A DNA stretch of 64,000 bases from Neophaeotheca triangularis (Eukaryota): the NCBI GenBank assembly GCA_054600435.1, contig BAAIJX010000040.1, positions 62,001 through 126,000 on the forward strand, written 5' to 3'. Position numbers and translations under genes: made by a program. The notes beneath the pieces are model-generated. The model had not been told where the DNA came from and did no database searches. It saw only the letters and a program-made list of their open reading frames with translations. Position 1 is the first letter of the stretch. Every line of letters begins with the position of its first letter. Shown here piece after piece: positions 56,301 through 64,000 of the stretch.

Positions 56301-57206
56301 GGAAGCTATGTCCTCGCGCAGGTTGCGCTCGTTAGTCGCAGACTTCTCCTGCAAGGCTGTGATTCTTGCGTAAGCCTCCTCAGCTTTGGTCTGCATCTCG
56401 TCAAGGCGCTTGCGAAGACCTGACTCGGTACGCTTGAGATTATCCGTGTTGGTGGTGGCATCCTCAAGTTCACGCTCAAGTTCAGCAAGGCGGGCATTGC
56501 GCTCCTTGCGGTACTTGGTGTGGTCTGCGCCACGGGTCTCAAGCTCAGTTGCCTGCCACTCGGTGTGCTGCTTCAGCTGAGTAATCTCTTGCTGTAGCCC
56601 TTGCTCTTTGAACTTCTGAGAGGAAACCGAGTTCTCGAGAGACTGATTGCGCTCTGCCAGGCTGCTAACCTCGCGACGGAGAGCAACCAACTTTTCATGC
56701 TGTTCCTTGAGCTCAGCGTTCATGCTATCCTTCTCGTTGGCCCGGCTCTCCATAAGGTTCTTCAAGTCGAGATTGCTAGCCTCGAGCGTATCAATCCTTG
56801 AGCGAAGAGCTCCTGCCTCTGCGGTGCTGCCGGATGAAGTAGCCTGAAGGGTGTCGAGCTCCTGGGTGAGGTTGTCGACCTTGGCGTTGGCTTCGGTGAG
56901 CTGAGCTTTGGTTGTCTTGAGCTCGTCCGCATGCTTGGTGATGGTAGCTTTCTGCGTCTTGGCTTTGTTTTCGGAAGTGCGAACAGCATGTTCGAACTCG
57001 ACCTCCACACGGAGCTTCTCAGACTTTAGCTTTTCCATGTCTTGAGCTTTGTGAATAGCTGCCTCAATGAAGGTCTTAGCCCCATCGGCAGTGGGATTGT
57101 TGAGTAGGTTCTTGACATCTTCTTCGCCCAGTTCGAAGCAATTGGCGATGTACTGCGTGTCCGCGATGAGGTCCGACCCATCGGCCGCCTGCGCGCGGGT
57201 GCGCAT
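50397..57206 (-). CDS. MLP1: Nuclear basket coiled-coil protein Mlp1/Tpr
   Basis: About 2269-aa intronless coiled-coil ORF from ATG 57206. Contains SENLVAFRT..MQQQNERLL, AQTHYEEELVRHAEA, VIDYLRREKEML, ELNTYRESTVHLR, WRDRT and a disordered RGG-containing tail. Confidence 0.9.
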   Translation of the reverse strand: MRTRAQAADGSDLIADTQYIANCFELGEEDVKNLLNNPTADGAKTFIEAAIHKAQDMEKLKSEKLRVEVEFEHAVRTSENKAKTQKATITKHADELKTTKAQLTEANAKVDNLTQELDTLQATSSGSTAEAGALRSRIDTLEASNLDLKNLMESRANEKDSMNAELKEQHEKLVALRREVSSLAERNQSLENSVSSQKFKEQGLQQEITQLKQHTEWQATELETRGADHTKYRKERNARLAELERELEDATTNTDNLKRTESGLRKRLDEMQTKAEEAYARITALQEKSATNERNLREDIASTKRLAELHEQNARTHKGRVQELEKELESQRQDYTKELGQLTADIDEENASKNDAYQKVADLEIKVKDLEEQLQDSLRTPRQATIANRRMSSHFATPSKMTPSRMFKSSKPTPSKFNASQAGTPMNSRTGRPQHELSWQQLSDQNNDLTEELAAEGRRCERLQKSLEDMMNELEARKPDVEKMREEQERLENEVYQYSLTLEEAHKARDEAKKAEGRWRDEAAGFARENELKSQQLRDHCVQIKLLVTEQIRREQGMAEPTFDESVALERAARGQFDNATLDILDPDNGTRFVSENLVAFRTATQMQQQNERLLRTVRDAAEKVDAMKAEKNRRVEQDGEETESLRKSREYYKEQAESLLTTVESYVQERNMYRRILKSRGRLPDGMNQDDIHQLFGQSAAPTTPGPQNQSEPAVPQTPSTARAAQAAAEAQAQVLKEQTIAFDNFRENAYKEMREKENALKTELNNMQAELTKAQGQVYSAEGRLSVYTDNYKALQAEHTELRKHSHELENHNKALDFKAIALSEDVVEFKAKVSSLEQKIESLKDHQKTLEDAKQHAISDLEKIRTEREEWQSKIQDVERLSSERNLQHDEAMRTTLDQFKEVKEERDTVRKERSELAAELKRESEKYAFEKQRFRDRSDEMMKTIEPLRLQISNFDGVKAEKQARIDELSTQLTAAQDKLRYFQPQDDEWEVEERRRSEVDDLKTKLRYAEEDLERSREQYNNMNQIAKQTQEDLDALNESSEAYQEEMDELIATKDARIAELEQRVVDLTTELTQANSELAELKEQQEDSNRDFAEQKRTLEAKIVKLEDDATRFSEERKAFVEDLKAQGEIARTAQTHYEEELVRHAEATQSLNNTKKEYNELREKSHELKVAAMTAKDELDTAKNNWEGLQEQLEEQLRDARMRKDSADDHINNLHDQLKKYASELETIRQNRLNSLTGGPASAYQHDESGMQAVIDYLRREKEMLQVNHDKEKRDSRRYQHELQYARDEMEKAREKLREEIRASEAKISNPTVFSQLEETLRELNTYRESTVHLRDEARRTREKLEAREKEVEKLREELEPLKQQVFELETNMEYKDQDLRLTTEDRNNWRDRTHRLMNKHGVVDAEELTRIKQQITDLEADKERLENERVPLQEQIDAFEVRLEAETAPLREKIEAFDATVATAVQEATAKHSETLTKFKAQAKEQNRKQNERLTEMRGNVEAANASVATANAAKEETDGQLAAKVAELEQAQRDLEDARAKASVNAGGQEEGEVNEDGESDHAALHARIAEAEQHASNHSGRAEALSVEVQTLQTRVQELEGQVSQLQNQATQLQGELETAKSASANTQVEATAETSKSNEDVDLLENVRSQLETAQQELEALRANAASTGDSTTTNAEPAEGERSVADQVAEECAKLRQELEAQHEVAIKQVEQNRDERIARMKDQLRERLKEERKQYRETLTTESQDEHNAELQKLREEHDAVVVQLKEEHAAAVEKLKVDFEAELKRVTEASAGQSVAEGEAGDQSEATAPPKAGSDDSELTDEQARDLLKRSPFLRTVIQNNVKKHSETHRARIAELEAQREQLIAEKDAKIAQLEQDIKNASPSDDGDLLRQQLESVTRERDELKAQLETLNSEKETLNAEKETLAKEKQQALMESKKKDVFVAVGRNAKAQWTALEAAVKEAPDQPLKPAFDVAAKVKAPPLPNSQKPAPATPSTASKTGGSASSPAPASTQVKQETTGSAETNTDRKQSATNIEQQSPTKTPTSAAQAAPAAEPSQESETQQKQGTPQQAPQPQSSEQQKMQERAARFGAVKQPSPSMTMGSSFGKPSAGLPAKPQGQGSFGQPGKNPTAPSFNFAGASNQQQQPQQGGPGPGRGSGLPQPAGSRLPGPANRGANNASGLPRAGGHSQGRGGGNASGLPRGGRGGGAQRGGGMAANAGQKRSNPTEHTGDEKRMRGGEGGQMGGQNDGGANG

Positions 57207-58014
57207 CTTGTCGCGTTGGCCTGTTTGCCGCCAGTCGTGGTGTACGCTTCGGGAGTTCACACTAATGGATGATTCAGCAGTGCGGTAGATCGTACCGTGC
57301 AGGTAGCGTGAATGAGCGTAGGAATGCCAGACAGGCGTGAAGGTGCAGGTGTTTGGGTTTGAGAGAGGGAGTAGAGGAAGTGAGGATGTTTAGAAGGCGC
57401 GTTGCTGAAGTGGAGCTTTCGCTCCCGAAATCTAGATGGTCCGTGCCTGGAGCTCACTTGACAGAACTCTTGGTGAAGACAAACGGCGGCAAGGTCACCA
57501 TGTATTCTCGAACAATCAGATACGCCCGGTCGTGGAACAAACCAATCTGATGGCTAGATTGTAGGGTTCTGTAGCCATCCGGTCGATATTGCACCGCCAT
57601 CTCCACGTAAACGAGAGCAGTGGACATACCTTGTCTTTGTTGCTGCACGGAACTTGAGGCCGCATTCGGGAGGGTTCGCTGCTTCACCATTCACATCAGT
57701 CGCACCATCACCACTACTTCATACCACACCACCAATACCCACGCCGCAATCCAAGTGGCTGCAACACTTTCAAATAACCATCAGCGTCAGATTGCAGGAA
57801 GTCTATCTGCTACCCGTTCCCATCACGTGAGCTGTTGCGCTAGGCATAGCCGTGACTGCTGACTGCCTGGACCTCTTCACTGAATCATCCAGGACTGAGG
57901 ACACTGCCCGCGCCAAACCACTCACGACTCTCTTGCCATCTGCCGCGTCCAACACTCGCCGTAAATCCCACTCGAACACTCCTTGGTGCACCACCAATCT
58001 CCGCCATCACCAGC

Positions 58015-58935
58015 ATGTCTCTCGCCGCCTCCTTCAAGTCCTTTTCCTCGGAAAACAAGGCCGCCGCTGCGCGCAACCTCGCCCACAGTCGACCCTCAAA
58101 CAACACCCCAGCTCGATCCGGCACGCCCACGGGCGGTAAACGCGACCATGGAGCCGCCTTCTCACAACCCCAAGCCCCACAGGCTCAGCAGCAGCAGCCG
58201 ACTGACGAGCCCAGGACCGGCAGCGAGATCATGACCAACGTAGTCGCCAGCGTCAACTACCTCAAAGACAAGGCCCCGCAGCCCGTAACCTTTGAAAACC
58301 TCATCGGCTACCTCTCCCTGCCTGTAGACCTGCAGAAACAAGTCGCGAACATCAAGCGAGCTCTCCAAGGCAACGACCGCGTCATCTACCTCCCCAAAAC
58401 CGCCGCGAACCCAAAAGAAAGCTTCAGATATAAACCACTCGTTCCCGCGACGAACGCTGAAGAGCTGAGAGAATACCTCGCTCGTCTTCCCACAGCCCAA
58501 GGCCTTAGCGTGCGTGAGATCAAAGACGGCTGGCCGGACTGCACGCCCACTCTCGACGCCATGGAGCGGTCAGGGAGCCTTTTAATCTTGCGACATAAGA
58601 AGGATGACTCTCCGCGTATAGTCTACCCCGACCAACCCTCCTACCACGCGGTCGAGACCAGCACTAAGACCACCGACGGCCATACCGTCACCGCCGTGAA
58701 GCCTCTCGATGCCGATTTCCAGGACATGTGGCACAAGACGAAGCTTCCCGCGAATGAGAACGATATTCGGCTGGAATTGGAGAAGAACGGACTGACGCCT
58801 ACAAGCGCTGTAAAAGAGGTTCAGAAGGGTCTTGGGGCTGGTAAGAAGAAGAGGAAGGTTATTAGAAGGGGTGGCAAGACCACGAACACGCATATGAAGG
58901 ATATTCTTAAGGATTATTCGGGGAGCCGGAGGTAG
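58015..58935 (+). CDS. TFA2: Transcription initiation factor IIE beta subunit
   Basis: VNYLKDK, FRYKP..NAEEL..YL, GLSVREIKDGWPDC, DADFQDMWHKTKLP, KTTNTHM. Confidence 0.9.
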   Translation: MSLAASFKSFSSENKAAAARNLAHSRPSNNTPARSGTPTGGKRDHGAAFSQPQAPQAQQQQPTDEPRTGSEIMTNVVASVNYLKDKAPQPVTFENLIGYLSLPVDLQKQVANIKRALQGNDRVIYLPKTAANPKESFRYKPLVPATNAEELREYLARLPTAQGLSVREIKDGWPDCTPTLDAMERSGSLLILRHKKDDSPRIVYPDQPSYHAVETSTKTTDGHTVTAVKPLDADFQDMWHKTKLPANENDIRLELEKNGLTPTSAVKEVQKGLGAGKKKRKVIRRGGKTTNTHMKDILKDYSGSRR

Positions 58936-59785
58936 TGTGTGGTCGTCTGATGCATGAGAAGCAGAGCTACGGGTTGAGAGGGTTGCATTTGCTTGGTTTA
59001 GCGAGGAGTTGGGGCGTGACATATCCTGAAGCGTAGGGTTCGGGTTTGTGTTGATTCTTCGGCAGAATGGACACCCTTTCGCGAACGCATGCAGCTCAAT
59101 GGATTACATTTTTGTGAGAGGTCAGTGTTCTCTGATCATATGGAAATGCTGTCACAATTTTAAGTCGTTTCGATGCCCGTCCGCCCGTATTCGTTGCTTT
59201 TGAGCCCTCACAGTTGAAGCTGTTCTGCAATTGGCCGCAGGTGATGGTCACGATTGCAGTCCTACCTAGGTACCTATGCACTACCATACCTTACCAGTTC
59301 AATGCAGCTGTCAGCTGTCAGCTTACGATCAGATTGCTTCTAACCGAGAGGGATTGCTGTCAAATATTTAAGTGCAAGCAAGTAGCACCCTCCGTGTAAG
59401 ATGGACGTTGCTCAGGTCCACGGGTGTAGATGAAGACCTCGTCGACGTCAGTGTGCAGGCAAACCGAATGGCAGCTCGAGGTGGGACACGCTTGCTCAGC
59501 GTTCAAGCTCAGCTCTCCATCGTCTCTTCAACGACAGCCACCTCGATTCAACAAGTGAGAACTCAGTACTTACCTTTGCTGACACGATCAACCTGCCAAA
59601 CTCACTGCAGGTACTTGCCGAACAACAAACAATTCAGCCCAAGTTTTCAGCCAATTGGAATAACGGAATACGAAAGCCGCACCTTTGCAGTCGCTAGACT
59701 GATATCCAGATCCCAAGACACCTACTCGCCACCTCCCCAACAAGAACCCCGAAGCCCTCCCAACCCAACTTCCAAGACAGTCAAA

Positions 59786-60817
59786 ATGTCCGCTCGCACG
59801 CTTCCCACAACCATGCGCGCTGCGCAATGGACAAGCAACACCAACGGCCTCGACGCGAACCTGAAACTCCACTCCTCGCTTCCGCTGCCCGCCTCCGCCT
59901 CCTCTCTCCCCGCCGGCAGCACCCTCGTAAAAGTCGCCTACTCCTCTCTCAATCCCGTCGACTACAAACTCCCCGAGCTACCCATCATCGGCAACTACCT
60001 GCTAGCTCCGGGCATCCCAGCAATGGATTACGCTGGCACGGTCGTGACATCGACCCTGGACCATTTGAAACCCGGCGAGCCCGTGTTTGGAAAGCTGGAA
60101 CCGCCGAAGTTCGGAGCCTGCGCCGAGTATGCGGTCGTTGGGCGTGAGGGATGTGTTCCCGTGCCGCCCGGCGTGAGTCTGCGGGATGCGGCGACGGTCG
60201 GGGTGGCGGGGTTGACGGCGTGGCAGTGTTTGCTAGCTGCCGGGGCGGGGCAGGGGAAGAAAGTGCTCGTGAATGGGGGCAGTGGAGGGGTCGGGACGTT
60301 CATGGTGCAGTTTACCAAGGCTTTGGGATGCTACGTTGTCGCTACTTGCAGTGGAGCGAATGCGGAGTTTGTCAAGGGGACTCTTGGAGCGGATGAGGTG
60401 GTGGATTATAGGACTGTGAATGTGGTGAGCCATTTGAAGCGGCAGGGGGTGTTGTTCGATGCTGTCATTGACAATGTGCTGGCGACGACGGAGCTCTACT
60501 TCAATTGCCACCACTTTTTGAAGGAGGGGGCGCAGTATGTCACTATCGCTGGGAGTCCGAACCTGGCAGCTGTGAAGGATTTGATGATGATGATGCTGTT
60601 GCCGGGAGCACTCGGGGGTGGGCAGAGACCTTTCAAGTTCTTGACTGTGCAAAGCAGTGCCGAACATTATGCGGCGATTGCGGATCTGATTGCGAGCGGC
60701 AAGGTCAAGCCGGTGATCGAAAAGGAGTATGAGCTGAAACAGGCGGGCGAGGCGTACACGAGGTTGAAGACGGGACGTACGCGCGGAAAGATTGTTATCA
60801 ACGTTGGCGGTGTCTAA
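59786..60817 (+). CDS. Medium-chain dehydrogenase/reductase, NADPH:quinone oxidoreductase-like (Yim1/RTN4IP1 group)
   Basis: ATG at 59786; VKVAYSSLNPVDYK, DYAGTV, GLTAWQCL, VLVNGGSGGVG, GADEVVDYR, GRTRGKIVI. Confidence 0.88.
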   Translation: MSARTLPTTMRAAQWTSNTNGLDANLKLHSSLPLPASASSLPAGSTLVKVAYSSLNPVDYKLPELPIIGNYLLAPGIPAMDYAGTVVTSTLDHLKPGEPVFGKLEPPKFGACAEYAVVGREGCVPVPPGVSLRDAATVGVAGLTAWQCLLAAGAGQGKKVLVNGGSGGVGTFMVQFTKALGCYVVATCSGANAEFVKGTLGADEVVDYRTVNVVSHLKRQGVLFDAVIDNVLATTELYFNCHHFLKEGAQYVTIAGSPNLAAVKDLMMMMLLPGALGGGQRPFKFLTVQSSAEHYAAIADLIASGKVKPVIEKEYELKQAGEAYTRLKTGRTRGKIVINVGGV

Positions 60818-60857
60818 GCGGCGTACAATCGTCACCGCAGAAAATGCTTAGTGGAAA

Positions 60858-61889
60858 CTATTTAACTGCCTGCTGCTCTTCCTTCCAGAATACCCATAAT
60901 ATCATGATAACAAACTGCACAATCGCAGAAGTCCACAACGCTCCAACAAAACCAAACTGACTCCTCGCGAACCAGCCTCCCAGTATTGCTCCCCCCAGGT
61001 ACATGGCCACACTGCCCGCCCTCCGATTCCGCTGTACATTGCTAAAAAGCCCCGCCGTCAAAAAAGGATCACTCGCCAGATCATTAAAAAGCGTCGTCAA
61101 CACCACAGCAGGCAGAGCCGTAAACCCAACAACCCGACTCAAGGTAACCTTGCCCGAAGCCTGAAAAGAAAGCAAACCGATAGGCACCAGATCAATCAAC
61201 GGAAACCCAGGGAAATCCTCACCCTCACGACCCATCAGTAACAAAGACGGTCGCTTCACAGGCGAGTCCGAAGACTTGCCCACCCGCACCATCTCCGCAG
61301 CCACAATGACCGCAGCCGCTTGCAAGCCGAACGAACACATCAGCACCCACCGCTTCCGCCCGCCAAAATACCTATGCGCTGTCCCGAAGAGCATGGCGCC
61401 CGCGATGAAACTGAAAATCGACGTCAAGGACTTGAGATAGGCGCCCTTTGGCGCGCTGACGGGGAGGTCGGAAACCCCGAGCGCGGCGAAGACGGTGTTG
61501 CCGGTCTGCATGGACGTGAAGGTCTCGTAGGCATTGTAGGCGCCGCTGTCCACTAGGCCAGCGATGAAGAAACACGTCACTAGGATCAGGTCGGTCCAGC
61601 TGGGGGTTATGGAGGTGTTGAGGTGGGTTTTGAGGCGGGCGAGGCGGGAAAGTGCGAGGGATTTTTGGTGTGCTGCTTCTTCGTCCAGGCTATTGGGGAT
61701 GGTGGCGCCGTAGCTGTTTTGGTGGGCATTGGTGGAGTGGAGAAGGGTTTCGTGCTCGTTGGTGCCGTCGGTTGCGCTGTTTGGTGTTGCATCGTTGTGG
61801 GTGATTGTTGTCCATTCGCCTTCGCCGCGGTTGTCGATTGTGCCGGGTCTGGCGGCGAAGAATGAGCGGGTGAATCGTATCCGGCCCAT
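60858..61889 (-). CDS. DUF1275 (YoaK-like) multi-pass membrane protein
   Basis: FIAGLVDS..Y..FTSMQTGNTVFAALG, LLSFQAS, LPAVVLTT..DLASDP, RNRR; several TM segments. Confidence 0.85.
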   Translation of the reverse strand: MGRIRFTRSFFAARPGTIDNRGEGEWTTITHNDATPNSATDGTNEHETLLHSTNAHQNSYGATIPNSLDEEAAHQKSLALSRLARLKTHLNTSITPSWTDLILVTCFFIAGLVDSGAYNAYETFTSMQTGNTVFAALGVSDLPVSAPKGAYLKSLTSIFSFIAGAMLFGTAHRYFGGRKRWVLMCSFGLQAAAVIVAAEMVRVGKSSDSPVKRPSLLLMGREGEDFPGFPLIDLVPIGLLSFQASGKVTLSRVVGFTALPAVVLTTLFNDLASDPFLTAGLFSNVQRNRRAGSVAMYLGGAILGGWFARSQFGFVGALWTSAIVQFVIMILWVFWKEEQQAVK

Positions 61890-63398
61890 GTCGTGCTAGG
61901 ATGTATGTGGCTCGACTCGAGATTGAGATGTTCTGGTTATACGGCCAGTTCCGGTGGTGCCTTATTGATGAAGATGGACTACCTTACCTTGGGTAGCGTA
62001 GGTGGAAGTTCAGGTCAATGACGCTTGGCGCGAGTGGCGCTTGCGCAGGTGCCCTGGAGGCTACCGAAGTCGTCATTTCATCAACAACCTAACTTTCAAG
62101 GCTGAGCAATGTGGCCGTGCCTTGCCATCAATCTTGAATGCTAGTAATCTAGCAGTGGCCTGTCTCGATGCATCTAGTAAGCAGCGCGAGGCTGATGCGC
62201 GGCGACTCACCGACAGTCGTATCGCATTTCAAGCTCCATAGTGGCAGCTCACGAAGCTTCGCAGAGCTGGAGAGCCTTCCTGCCCAAACGGACTCGAAGG
62301 CGCCTTATATATAAGCCCGACGAGCTCTGCACACAACGCGATGACTAGATATATACAAAGAGTAGCCACGCGAGTGCTTCACATTCTCATCAACGAAGGG
62401 AAGTCTACGGGCATGGTGGAATGACCAGAGATGTCTGCGACGCGAGTCACGCGATGCCACGCGCGGTGCGCTTCACACTGGGAGCTCATGATTCTACCTA
62501 CATCTTCTCAGAGCTGGGCATGCCCCAAGTGCTGGGTATGCGTCGATGGATGGGTATACTCATCACTGGCATCCGGAGAACGCAAAGTCCTTTCAGGTGT
62601 ACCACCTGTTGGAATGCTGATGATGGTACTCGTTACATTGTACTGACCATCGACAGGAATACGCATGCCATGAGGCTTCAAGACATATTATCTAATACCC
62701 GATTGGATTGAGCACTGGCAAGCCAGGTGAGGTAGCGAAGCTGTCAATTGCTACCGAAGGGTAACTGAAGCGGTAGCCAGGTTTGGATCCTCGATGCAAG
62801 TACCCGATTGGAGAGAGAAGTGGCAACCCGAGTGATGAAGCTCTCAATTGCTACCCAGTAGGCACCAAAGTGGTGGTCTACGAATCCTCGACTCAATCGT
62901 GGTACGGTATCGACGGTGTCCAGACAAGCCAGGGTAGTGGAACGTGAGCTATCGACAGATAACTGCACCTGACGGACCACCTGGAGAGGAAACATCCCCT
63001 TTAAGCTACTGGTGGCAAAACAGACCGGAATGCCAGGTACTGTACCCACTCATTCGCCCGCAGCCCGAATATCTGGACACATCTGACTCAACCCGACGGT
63101 ACCTACCTAGCCTTGTCAGCGCATCGGTGACATAGACGGCCAGACTAATGCCTGGACTCATTTCTCGACAGGGCTAGTTACAAGATTGATGACAGCGAGC
63201 TGATATCTCGTCACGAGTACCAGACCACATTCATGAGCTGTGCTATGACTTACATGACCGGAGTGGATGCACGACCAACGCTTGGCCTCAGTGTCAATGA
63301 TCAAAAGATCTGATTATTCTCTTGGCGATAAGCTCGAACCGATTGCCACCAGCCGGCGGTTAGGTTGGTGTTCGCGTGGCAAGTGCAAGATCGTCGTT

Positions 63399-63433
63399 TG
63401 TGAGTCGTGAACCGTGAGTCGTGAGTCGTGAGC
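63399..63433. repeat. (GTGAGTC)n heptamer tandem, about 5 units
   Basis: gtgagtc gtgaacc gtgagtc gtgagtc gtgagc read directly. Confidence 0.75.
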
Positions 63434-63770
63434 GAGAATGTTTGAATCCCAGGCGAGCGGTAACGACCTCAAGTTCGCGAAAGCCCATCCATGGTAGAGA
63501 TGAGCCTCAAATCCATAGTGCGTGCTTGAAACGGTCTTTGAGCAACACTATTGCAATCAATCTCCCCGACTGAAAGGAACGGTGGAGTCGCTTTGGCCCG
63601 AAGAACCAAACAGCGAGTCGCTTTTCCCGTTTTTGACAGGTCCTTTGAACCTCGTTCCGGGTTTAGCGCCTTCGCCAAGGAGTCGGTCTACGTCGGGCTG
63701 GAAACATGGAGTCAAAATGCTTTAAACTTACCTCAACCCCGGATTCTTAAATCCACGTCACCTATCGGTA

Positions 63771-63793
63771 TCCTCCTCCTCCTCCTCCTCCTC
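63771..63793. repeat. (CCT)n microsatellite
   Basis: About 7 CCT units read directly. Confidence 0.8.
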
Positions 63794-64000
63794 ACCTCTT
63801 TTTTGTCTAGAACGTTGGAGGGTTGTTCCGTGACCGCGACTACTAGTTGATCCACGTTGGGAGTCGAGGGACTAGTTGGCAATAGGTGGTCTTGTCAAGA
63901 TTCCCAAGTCGGACACGTTATTGTTGGAATGAGGTTGAGTGTGGGCGTGCGAAGTGTAGACAGCACTTTTGTTGAGGAACACCATGGGGTTTTGAATGGG

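Noticed and set aside
49938..56423. Long plus-strand ORFs (402, 315, 333 and 545 aa) opposite MLP1
   Set aside because: In-register antisense shadows of a codon-biased gene, with no recognisable domains and non-ATG or arbitrary starts.
1..64000. Genome-wide reassignment of TAG to a sense codon
   Set aside because: About ten genes end at TAG, several at their expected conserved C-termini (e.g. NUS1 RFGR, CDC55 LFVFSAL, COX17), so any recoding must be context-specific.

Overview
Eukaryotic, intron-containing DNA from a filamentous ascomycete (Pezizomycotina; Dothideomycete-like is my inference), about 55% GC by eye. It holds roughly 23 protein-coding genes, mostly housekeeping: RanGAP, ALG6, nucleolin/NSR1, NUS1, COX17, a thioredoxin, PP2A-B55/CDC55, an AVT transporter, COQ3, an MFS permease, a class I/II aminotransferase, an EFM2-like methyltransferase, a probable GPI protein, CYS3, a RAD53-like kinase, a SulP sulfate permease, MLP1/TPR, TFIIE-beta, an MDR oxidoreductase and DUF1275. 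I saw no intact transposon, rRNA, tRNA or CRISPR array. Most notable observations: (1) two long reading frames are each crossed by a single in-frame TAG in the same GC-TAG-G context. One splits a hypothetical gene; the other is the MLP1 stop, followed by 140 protein-like codons. This hints at UAG recoding (readthrough or A-to-I editing). (2) An uncharacterised protein has BNIP3/NIX-like architecture (SWIEV LIR motif, disordered linker, GxGxxxGR membrane anchor), making it a candidate mitophagy receptor. (3) Sense-strand GGGCTT motifs cluster in both ~500-nt introns, one of which also carries a 14-bp inverted repeat. (4) Three related 12-bp-period arrays each lie just downstream of a minus-strand gene. 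(5) Sharp C-rich to G-rich skew flips recur inside genes. Gene names come from recognising motifs by eye; no database search was run.
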